This document shows, piece after piece, positions 1 through 10,713 of a stretch of DNA of 64,000 bases; the first letter of the stretch is position 1, and every line of letters starts with the position of its first letter. This DNA comes from Balanoglossus misakiensis. Taxonomy: Eukaryota; Animalia; Hemichordata. Position numbers and translations under genes: made by a program. The stretch lies in the NCBI GenBank assembly GCA_040954595.2, contig CM082578.2:6061519-6125518 (forward strand), written 5' to 3'. The notes under the pieces are model-generated. The model was given only the letters and a program-made list of their open reading frames with translations, was not told where the DNA came from and ran no database searches.

Positions 1-505
1 TTTTATATTTACTTCAAATTTTGAATCCCTGCACTATGACCTTTGGATGGGTGAAAATGTCGAGAGCATATTTTATACGGAAATGTCTGAAAGTTTAATA
101 AAAATGAACGATGGCGATCTGAAAAAGCCAGCGGGGACCATGGTGGAACGTTGACGTCTGTTCAAGGGTCATGGTTTAATGCGAAATGTGAATTCATGCT
201 TTGAACTGAAGGTGTTAAAAATATGACAGGAAACACGCTGAAGATATTAAAATCAAAAGCCTTGGTCCGCGGTCTGAGCTTTAATTGCAGTGGTCATGAA
301 TATTTAATCATATTTGCATCGTGACCAAAGAGAAAGTTGACAAGAGGAAGAGCTTACGCAAGACTGCTTAAAATTTAATATCTGCGTTCAAATCACTAAC
401 AATCTATTCAGTGTGACAGTTTACACTCCATCCAAATTGATTTGTCCTTTCCATACCGTGTTTCTCCCTCTGAAAGCAAATAAAATTTACTAATGTTAAC
501 TCACC

Positions 506-611
506 TAGTCTCGGTTACCCAGACCCCTCTTCTTCTTCCGTTGGGCACTCCAGAAATACTCTTTTTGAGTGCCAAACGGAAGAAGCAGAGGAGTCTGGGT
601 AACAGAGACTA
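506..611. mobile_element. Palindromic non-autonomous DNA transposon (Academ-like, TAG...CTA ends, 9-bp TSD)
   Basis: Arms TAGTCTCGGTTACCCAGAC...GGCACTC and GAGTGCC...GTCTGGGTAACAGAGACTA form a long imperfect inverted repeat. Flanks TAACTCACC (497-505) and TAAATCACC (612-620) match at 8/9. Confidence 0.7.
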
Positions 612-1589
612 TAAATCACCTTGAATTTGATCGGAATTTTCACAAAGCTATTCTCACGTTTAATTCGGGAAAGGGCAAAGGTTAACAGGCAAAGTTTGTA
701 TTGACTATTCAAACAATCGTAACACTATTTGAAATGTAAAAATGATCATCAACACCCCGAGTTTTCTGGAAATTGGACAGTTGCTTTACAAATTGTGTGA
801 CGTGAACTTCATTTTTTTTTTATTTTTCTATATTTTAAACGTATTAATCTTTGAAGAGTCAAACCTGCCTTCAGATAACCACGTACGTGATTGCATTGAC
901 TTTGCCAATGATCTCTGGTTTACTCTGTGTCGATCAAATGCATAGGTCAATATTAACAAATCAATACCTTGCAATTTTAAATGACCTATTTTATCGATTC
1001 ACTTTACTTCAATTGATGTGCGGTTCGTACAGTATCCCCGGTCACTTCCATATATTGAAAACAGAGAATTGTTCACCATCATATGCCTCGTGATTTGAGG
1101 TTGGATATTTCAAAAATCGGTCATTCGCCAATTCCGTTATCCATCCCACTAGAAGTGTTCACAAATATATAGGTTGTGGGACTAAACTGTTTACAGTAAA
1201 AAAAAAATCGAGCTATATCTCCGTATTGTTCGGCCAACCTGTATCTAAACCGACATTTTGGCAATTTCAATTCGTCATTTTAGCAAACAGAATCGAACAG
1301 AATTCCTCAGAAACACGAACAACCAAAACCAACATCAATTGCCCTCTTTGGTACCACCCATGTCAGATGACTGCACTTACGTTTTGACACTGCACTCGGA
1401 ATACTTGAGAAAAACGCATACGTGTGATTTAGGCCTACCCCAAATCACAGCGGAACTAGGCCGTTTACATATCAAAAAAACATTGAAATATCGGTTCGCT
1501 GCACTTCTATCCACGAAGAAATCTCTTAACTGCTCAGTATTAGCACGGCTAGTGTCAAATAAATACTTCATTTCCGTCGCCTTTCTCAG

Positions 1590-2369
1590 GACGCTTCCAT
1601 CGTCAATCAGACGAGGCGCGTGTGTACGGTCATCTCCAGGGAGACGGTGGAATTGCTGGTCATATCCAAAGAGGTAAATGCCATGATCAATATTTATACG
1701 CGTTAATTTGTCAGTGAACTTTGTCAGAAATCAGCGATGAGAACTAACGAGATCGATCCCCAGGCGACATTTACATATATTTTATGACATGAGTTGGTAT
1801 TGAACCCAAGACAGGGCCGTCATCGCTGTTTGTCAAACCATTCCATGTGTACGGTCAGATATTTTTGATGAACTGTGCTAAGACTGATATGTATTAAAGG
1901 TATAAGGTCACCTATGAATATTTAGCTACAGTCACCATGGCAAGTTGAGATCTAGCCAGCACAGATTTTCTGTGGGTGGCACACGAGAAAAAAGAGGGCC
2001 ACCATTATGTTATCTGTAGCACTCAAATACATCATTTGTGGACATTGTAACAGGAAAGAATGGCCGTCGATTATCAGATAAGACTAATAATTGTAATTTT
2101 CTCGGTCAACTTACTTTACTCACTCTCACTCTCAGGATTTCATCGACATTTTCATGGCGGGAGGAATGAAGAATTTCCTGGATAAAAAGCACAGCGTCTT
2201 TATTAAGTAAGTGTGTAATAACTCGATGTATGTCGGGAACTAATGGAACTATTGTACCCCACAGAGGGCGTCGCTATAATATACCACGCTACTTATACCT
2301 CTTGCATAGTGTTTGTCAACTTTAATAAAGTGCGATTTTTCCCTATATCATAAACATGCAACAGATCCG

Positions 2370-2406
<37 letters not shown>

Positions 2407-5400
2407 ATTCCTACCTACCTACTCATTCATTCATTCATTCATTCATTTATCTACCTAATCTTTAGCACAGTGACAATAGCAATAACAATAGAATATATAC
2501 CAGTATGTTCTTAGTCTATATACATGTATCCTCTTCTTCTTTTGCAGAAGTTTATTTATTTTCAGGAATTGGCCACTACATGTATTCAACTACAATTCCA
2601 AAAAGTGCATGTTTAAATATTACAAGTAAGTTGAACCATCGCGAAATTGGTATATGGTTATATTATAAGAAATGGAGTACAGGTTTCTGATCAATTTAAT
2701 GCCAAATATAAATGTAGGGCCCCTGTTGGGATTGATACAGAGGGCGCGAATGACTGCAGTGGCGTCCACATATTGCCGCTCACTTTTGGCGCCAATGAAA
2801 TAACAAGTCATACTAAGATACTTCAATGTTGATAAACACTGAATGCACCATAACCCTCGAGGTACAAGGGGTCATTGCTTTGGACTCTCAAATAATCAGC
2901 ATTTCGTATGCATCGCTGAAAACTGGTTTTTACTTCTGTTTCGCGATTATGCTGCCAACATACGACGGATATTGATAATATTGACCAAATATTGATCAGG
3001 AAATCTCTATTAGAGATCCGCCAAACGTTTGGTATTTACGCCCAATTCGGTCTAACATGTGGATATTTGTTGGGATTTCATTTCAGACGTGGGACAGTTA
3101 TCGAGGAGAACAGCACCAACTCTGAATGGATTTACATAATCAAATCGGTAGGCGTGCTATTGACTACTTTCTTTGTATTCTAAGGCCGGTGTTTGCCGTC
3201 GGATAAATTTAGCAGCGGATATTTTACTGGATAGCAGTGTAACTGAGAAAACAAAAGTCTGTGTGTCTTGTGTATCCTCTTTGGACCAAGAACAATGTTT
3301 GACGTCGTGAGAATTCGCCTTCAAGTTGACGTAATTTTAAATATTGTAAGCATCAGATATCTTAGAATTGACAATGAATAACGAGAAAGAGTAACGCAAA
3401 ACACGATGGTCGGATTCTAAATTTTGTTTCGAATGAGATATCTCTGAAAAAGTCACTGTCAACTTTTTATACAACTATTTCAAGAATAAGTAAAATCATT
3501 CTAGCCAAAAGAGCGTATCAAGTTCCTATATAGATGAAATATCTGTATGAATCTTAAGTTTATACAGGGAACTTTGCTAGAATGCATGATACCCACGTTG
3601 GACATCTTTAGTACGGAATATATGCGTAGGTAAAAGTATTGCGGTCCAGGTTACATGCGTCGACATCTTAGAATCGCCGAACTCATTATATCCCAGCATC
3701 AATGCACCGCAGATAAAGGGTGTTGCAAATATTAGATGCATTAGCTAATATAGAAGTGTATTCTGCGTGGATCTTACATGTTACCGTATAACTTTTTTAA
3801 TCATCAGGGTAGCTGCAATGTCTTGAAAATGTTGAAGCGGCCCGGCAGGGACGAAAGCAAACATGCGTCACCCGGTAAGAATGGGTCGAAGGAAACGGTG
3901 TTGACTGTTTGTGAGCATTTGGACACAGCCGCAAGGCTTTAAATTGTCTTTTGTCTTCTACTCTTTGTTGACGTGAGGTTTTTGTCGCAAAAGACCTTGT
4001 ACCCTTTTTGTCTTTATCGCTGTCTTTCGTTGTCACAGGTAACCGTTCGCGTAACTTAAAATAAATAACTAGTATGGCCAGAGATTTGCTTTTGTAGAGA
4101 ACAAAAGACAGTGGTTGTCGTATTGATATAACAATGATGACAAAACATTAATGACAAAATATAAACATTTTACTGTAAATCAATGCATGGACGTAGCATC
4201 CGTCCACAAATTGATTTTTATAAACTTTAATCACCTAGAAAATTAAAAATAGACCGAAAATGAATCGGTGGGTTCTTTGCTTCCTTTTAATGGCATTTAC
4301 GAGATTTCCAGTGTGTATTTATGTTTTCATCAAGAACACAAAACAGCGGAATATAAAAGGGAACAAATATTGCTTTGGCGCACGTGTTGCTCGCAGCTGG
4401 CACGTGTTCGTCGGTAAAATCAGAGTAACGATAATGAGGGCGCCCTCATGCACCAGCTCTAAAATGTTGGGCAATCTCCTGCCAATACATGTACATTTGC
4501 ACTCTAGTCAATAACACCTATCATTTATCGAGTGTAACCTGTCATCAGTGACTGAATTTTCATTTGAGACGAGCAATAACATTAAAAATTGGAATTCTAA
4601 AACTATCATTTCATTGTTCATGTACTAGTAATCTATTTATGAATGCTTTAACACATTTTTCGCTTCCGATAGAACCGTCGAGTTATTCTTCGCCGGAGAT
4701 CAGACGAAAACCCAGCAGTAGGGATAGTATATAGTATATGCACCAGCTCTAAAATGTTGGGCAATCTCCTGCCAATACATGTACATTTGCACTCTAGTCA
4801 ATAACACCTATCATTTATCGAGTGTAACCTGTCATCAGTGACTGAATTTTCATTTGAGACGAGCAATAACATTAAAAATTGGAATTCTAAAACTATCATT
4901 TCATTGTTCATGTACTAGTAATCTATTTATGAATGCTTTAACACATTTTTCGCTTCCGATAGAACCGTCGAGTTATTCTTCGCCGGAGATCAGACGAAAA
5001 CCCAGCAGTAGGGATAGTATATCCGTTGCCCCGGGAAACAACGCCCGGCACAGAAGAGTGTCAACGGCGTCGATGCCGTCCTCGTACATGCCCCAGGTTC
5101 CACTAAACAGTGTCGACAGCGATATCGAAGAAGTGTCCGAGGACGAGGAGGATCTGCCACCGCTGAAGGAAGATATGAGGAACAGGGAGAAAATGATGTC
5201 GTCCGTCAGTTTTTCTCAGGTAAGGTCGAATATTCCCCTTTGTCTGCAGAACCACGAATACTTATTTAATTTACTTAGAGGGGATGTTGATGGTGTACTT
5301 TCATTTCATTTCATATTAGGGCCCCTTCCTTACGCACACGCTGAAACTTCCACTGGGAACTGCCACGATGACGACAGCCTCTGATGCAAGGAAGAAGAGA

Positions 5401-6966
5401 ATGGCCGCAAGAAGCAAAATGAGAAACAGACGAGGTAGGGCTTTTTTGTCACCTTACTCAAAAACGGATGAGAGGATGTCCACGACCAGAGCTACACTTT
5501 TTAAAGTAAATCCAATCATATGAAATTGGTATGGGTTTACTGATAATTTGAGTTCGTTAGAGGGTGGCATCCGAAAATTATTTACATGTATGTAATTCAG
5601 TTCGCTTAGTGCGTCAGCCAAGGTCGTACAATGAATTCAATCAAGCATAGAAATGAATCAATCCCGTTCTCATGTCGCGTGTGTCCATCCAGACTCTCTA
5701 CAGGCTATGAATTTCGAAGCTGCAAGTATTTCGTCGCACAACAGTACCAATACAAGTACAACTCCCTTTGGTAAAAGGAGAAGGGAGGTAATGTGTGGAT
5801 TGATTACTATGATAAGACTTTGCTTTGAAATACATGCCTATCGCAACAAGTCTGCGGCGATCAAAAGTTACTTCGTGTAGCATGTTTGCTGTTTTGGTAT
5901 TTGTCCAAAGGTTTTGCAGGAATTTAAGTTATATTCATTTGGTAAATGTCAGTGAGCTCCAGTCACTGCTAAGCCAACCCCCCATGCACAGACTGAGTCT
6001 TACATGGAAGTAATGAGGGCGCTCTGCTCCCCAGCGCTTTCCATACATAATGTATTTTCATTGTGTGCCGAGAAACCTAAAATGCGTCCATTTTGTTACA
6101 CATGTACAGACTTCACTTGGACGACATCGTCGGAAACGAGACACTTACTTTGTCAAACTGGATACTCTGGAAAGAGGGGCTGTTTTCGTAAGTAAATTCT
6201 CAACCCTAGTTGTTTTGAGATCCATCCATCCATCCATCCATCCTTCCAACTGTCCATTCATTCATTCATTCGTTTTGTAAGAATCTTTTTTATCGTCTTA
6301 ATATCATCTAGGGAGTGTTGGATATAGCATTTGGTGAGCAGCCAAATTTGAGTCTAGTAAGTAATGGTGCTGAGTGTATCATAATATCCAAGAAGTTTTA
6401 CCTCAAACATGCCACGGAGGAAAACATCAGTATTATACAAGAAAAGGTAAGACGTTAATGTAATCGTTGCGTTGTGCATTCGTCCTGAAAATGATAACTC
6501 AAACAAATTTCAAGCCTAATTAAGAACAGAATGAGTTCACCATATCAAAGAGACACATTCGTTCTATTGTGTTATTTTGGCAATGCTCTTTCGTTGAAGA
6601 AATAATCGTATTTCGTATGTCGTATTTCCGGCACGTACCATTAATAGTACCTGTCCCTCCACACTGTCCCTCCAGGGACTGTGCACTGGTGTATTTAATT
6701 GTGACCATAAGCACAGCAAAAGTTCTAACGGCTGCTCATTTCAATCAGCAAAACCATAAACACCAGTGTGAATAATGTTTTAGAAGTTTTACCGAATTTA
6801 ACAATATATATGGTATTACGTTCACCAGATGCGTCCGTACCCGTCCGAAGACACCTTGACGAAAGACTTGGAGGAGAAGATTCTGTGGGCGTCGTACGCC
6901 AAAGATCGATATAGTTCTGCCGTCGGCCGCCGTAAGCACTACAAGCGAACAGCCGTGTCGCTGTGA
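1590..6966 (+). CDS. Cyclic nucleotide-binding domain protein (CNBD2-like), 3' part; 5' exons lie upstream of the window
   Basis: Eleven GT-AG exons in consistent phase: 1590-1673, 2136-2206, 2548-2625, 3087-3147, 3808-3874, 4963-5219, 5320-5434, 5693-5787, 6110-6187, 6312-6446, 6829-6966 (1179 nt, ends TGA). Translation includes DASIVNQTRRVCTVISRETVELLVISKEDFIDIF (end of a CNB domain), YYKRGTVIEENSTNSEWIYIIKSGSCNVLK, FVKLDTLERGAVFG, LSLVSNGAECIIISKKFY and MRPYPSEDTL, which resemble the CNBD2-like family as I recall it. Confidence 0.85.
2370..2446. repeat. Compound microsatellite (CTAT)n/(CCTA)n/(TCAT)n
   Basis: Tetranucleotide tandem arrays seen directly, intronic. Confidence 0.9.
4448..5022 (+). 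repeat. Tandem duplication, 290-bp period (copies 4448-4732 and 4738-5022)
   Basis: Identical sequence from ATGCACCAGCTCTAAAATG to GGGATAGTATAT appears twice, separated by AGTAT. The unit includes the 3' splice site and first 60 nt of a CNBD exon. Confidence 0.95.
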
Positions 6967-7840
6967 TTTGAGTGAGAGACAGTCCGTACGTCGAATCAGT
7001 TGAGGGCGGTGCACGATTTCTGATGTTGAATACGCGTTGAAGTCAGAATGAACGAAGCTTGGCTGGCGGAGATGTCGCGCTGCACACCATAATTCATGAT
7101 TACATATACATGTACCTTCACAAATCGGGAAAAAAATCCACCAAACCGGAACAAACGCACTTTGTGACGTAACAAATCGAGAGTGTTTGCGTGAACTGTA
7201 CTACTGACATTAAATTTGCAGTAACTCCACGGACATTAATTAATGATACCCGTCAGTTTTGTGCCATGAACAATTCTCACGCGATGCTAAATCATTTTGG
7301 TGCTCCGGTGATAAACTTAACAATGATCAGCATGAAAAGTAACGAACACTAACAGAGAGTCTCGAGTTTGAAGTAAATCTATACACAGTATTTTGCGTGA
7401 GTCGGCATTTACGAATTTAAACCAGAGTTTAAACACGAATTACATATCTGCTGTCGTTCTTGATGATGGCCCACTTAAATTGTGTGTTGTCCATTTACAG
7501 AGATTTGCTTACAGATTACGACAGAATTATGGTTGCACTGTTGTTTCGATACAAAATTTTGAACAAGTATTAACTCATCAAAGTCTTTCATTGTATTTTC
7601 TGCATGCCGAATCATTGCCACAATCACGGAGTGACGAGTATCAGTGCGCCACCAACGGCCGTGCTTCTACCAGTGGCGCAAACACTGGGATTGACGTTCT
7701 GGTGTCACGTTTGATTTTTGCGTTTTACACGACTAGAAGTTATTCAGTACGGTCTACAGTGGCCATTCAGACAAGTGGCCATCTAATGGCACGAGTATTT
7801 TCAATTAAAAATGAATTTCGAACTATTTCACCCACTTTTC

Positions 7841-7876
7841 AATAAAGGAGGTTGTATCTTATATTTATTCAATAAA
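7841..7876 (+). terminator. Candidate polyadenylation signals of the CNBD2-like gene
   Basis: AATAAA at 7841 and 7871, about 0.9 kb after the stop codon, followed by T-rich sequence. Confidence 0.5.
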
Positions 7877-9127
7877 GTCGCGTTCTAAGCTTTTTATTTT
7901 CGCGAGAGAGTAGCTGTAACAGCTGTGATTTCTTAAATTGCATTTCGTAGCACTATGTAGCTTCAGATATATACCACACATCGTTTCATTATTAAGCTTA
8001 ATGTTATAAGCCTTAGGATTCATTTGGGGGATAATACTAAAACTTTGTTCTGTGCTCTAAGTTGTCAACCCATGATACAATCTGCATAATACATTCTCGA
8101 CTAGCATTTCCTGATTCACGCTGAGAGAGAGGGGGAGAAAGAAAGAAAGCTAGCTTATTTATGTTGTTCAAGGTAACTGAAATATGCTGAATGATCGCTT
8201 GTCACAATTGACGATATCGACCCGCCTTACTTGAGGGTTGATTATAGTTTGGTAATCTCTTCTAGACTCCATGGAAACGCTTAGTATTAAAAATCACAGG
8301 CTTTCCAATAAACAACATGCGCCAACGACAAATTTGGACAAATATTAAAAGGTTTTATTTGCATAAATATTTAACAAATAAACATCGTTACCAAAATTGC
8401 ATATTTGAAACATTTTTTTCTCTGCATTCCTTTCATACAGATATACACAAAAAATGTTTGTCGCTAAAAATCTTAAATTTGTTTGTTGGCAACAGACTAG
8501 ACTCGGCTAAATTGTAGTCGGAATCAAATCACGTAGCTTGACCATGGTCGTGATATTTCTGAATAGGTCCATCCAACCATTTAACACAAACAACATCACA
8601 AGTTCGGGACGGAACAGAAATTAAGAAACTGGGAACAAATATCCCTTGTTGACATCACTCCACTACGGACAGGTGCAAACTACATCGGGTAATCGTGAAT
8701 GACATCATGATTCATAATTATTTAGACACGTTTACGGAAGGTGATTTCATCTGCAACTTGGAAATGTGCGCGTGAGAAAAGAAAGTCAAAACGAACAGAC
8801 ACACTAGCGTTGGTGGCGCTGTTGGGAATTCCTGACTGGCGTTGATTGTATTACATGTATCACCATATTGGAGCGTTCAGCTCTACCGCTGTATACGGTT
8901 TAACAGGAAAACAACACGCGTATTATTCCACCAGGGCCGTCAAATTAAATAAAAAGACCTCTCCAAAAAACATAAATTGACCCTGCGGCTGCCCATTTGA
9001 AGGAAAACACGAAGTTCTGCTTCCGATATCAGTTTCTCAAGACAGACGATAATCAAATGCTGGAATATTGAAAGTGGTCACATCATGTTGGTCGATAAGG
9101 TTCGTTGTTATGGCAATAGTTGTTTTT

Positions 9128-10713
9128 TTAAGTCCTGCAGGCACTTCCAAGTCCAAGGACAGTACAAGCTGCTCCAATTCCGTAACGACCATCTGAAGGT
9201 AATGAAGAGTAAACAATTATTAATACAGAGGCTCACATTTTCAGTATTACGTATGTCCAAAAGTGAATCTCTCTCTCCATCTTTATTCGCTCTCTGCCTT
9301 GCGTGTTTGTTCGTCTCTGTCGCTACCTCTCTGTGTATTTCTATCTAGCTAGCTCTCCCTCTCCCCTCCGCTCTTTAACTTCCCTCCCCTCCCCCTCTCT
9401 ATTTCACCCTCCCCCTCTTCCTTCTCTCTCCCCCTCACTGGCACACTTCCCCCTGCCCACCCCTCCCCCTGTCAAGTGTAAACACTGACACGCGTACTGG
9501 TCTGCATGGTCCCGGCGTTACACGAGGCCGTGTAACGCCGGGAGCACACAGACCTGTACACAGGGCTATGACACGCTTAGAAACACGTGGCATTGTATTG
9601 CATTACATCATATCAAGTCATACGTACATTTGGTTGGCTTCGGTCTATCCATTGGCCAATATTTAAACCCGACTTTCGCTCTTTCGTTGTAACTTGTACT
9701 GATAACTGCTGTATTCGGTCTTGCCTTGGGTCGCTTCATGGCGTAAGAACCAGGCAGTTGGCCGCTCAGTCTTGCGCTAATTTCGTCGTGGAATGACCTC
9801 TCCGACAGGCGACTGACTGTTCCATCTTCGTTGTATCTGAAGGTGACGATGGCCGGAGGAGCTGACTTGGACCTTGGAATGTTGTTCGTGTTGGCACCAT
9901 ATCTGTTTATTATAGCTACCAAACAAAACAAATGTGACGAGTTAAGCAAAGTATACAGCAAGATATCCGAGAGGAAGAGAATATAATACATTGGATACAG
10001 CATCGCGCTGGATCAATGGATTTCCTTTGGTGAATTTCGCTGCGACCATACTAGTACGTTTATCGGCCGAAGTGTCTCGAAATCTGTGGGCTTAAGTTCT
10101 ACAAAGCAATGGGTGTTTGGCATTCTTTCATCGTCATCCATATCATATAGGTCATTTTGACTATTTATGATGGTGACCATGTATACGCCTGTGATGCGTT
10201 CATGCAAACAAACTCGGCTTTGAAATTCTAAGTTCACTGTCGAATCGTAAAGAAATGTATCACGTTTATCCCTTCCTTCCTTCCTTTCTTTATTTCGTTC
10301 TTTCTTTTCATTCATTCGTTCATTCTTTCACAGAAACTACAGCAAAGAGAGTCGACTGGTGTTTGTTTTCTTATTACATTATGCCAGGAACGATTTTGTT
10401 ATGGTGTTATTTCATTACCGCAAAAATGTCCAATTGGCCGTGATATCAGAGGATAACTGAAACTGTTTTTTGTGCCATGAACAAAAGTTCCCTAGACCCA
10501 ACCTAGTTCATGGCCCGAGATAAAAATTACATAAGAAGTCATACAGTGTAATAAGTTGTAAAATGCATACAGCAACACTGTAGAAACACCATTGGAAAAT
10601 AATTATCAAGGGAAGTTCAACTAGGGAACACATCAACTACATGTAATAGGAATTTGACACTAGATTTTTGTCTCACAGTATCCACAAAAGGGACTTATTT
10701 CACCTAAAGACAT
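9128..10713 (-). CDS. Small uncharacterised protein, about 120 aa ('gene C'); possibly ciliary/testis-type
   Basis: Exons 10713-10704 (aaagATG TCT TTA G|gtgaaa), 9915-9628 and 9192-9128 join in phase 1/1 to give MSLAIINRYGANTNNIPRSKSAPPAIVTFRYNEDGTVSRLSERSFHDEISARLSGQLPGSYAMKRPKARPNTAVISTSYNERAKVGFKYWPMDRPKPTKYGRYGIGAACTVLGLGSACRT*. All acceptors have pyrimidine tracts. A minus-strand AATAAA lies near 8354. Confidence 0.6.
9270..9470. repeat. CT-rich low-complexity tract
   Basis: Polypyrimidine runs of CTCT and CCCT in an intron of gene C. Confidence 0.8.
9494..9568. mobile_element. Degenerate hairpin element of the ...CTA-ended type, left end truncated
   Basis: Perfect core stem TCCCGGCGTTACACG-aggc-CGTGTAACGCCGGGA with outer GTAC/GGTCTG symmetry. 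The right end GGGCTA is followed by TGACACGC, which also precedes the left arm (9486-9493). Confidence 0.5.
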
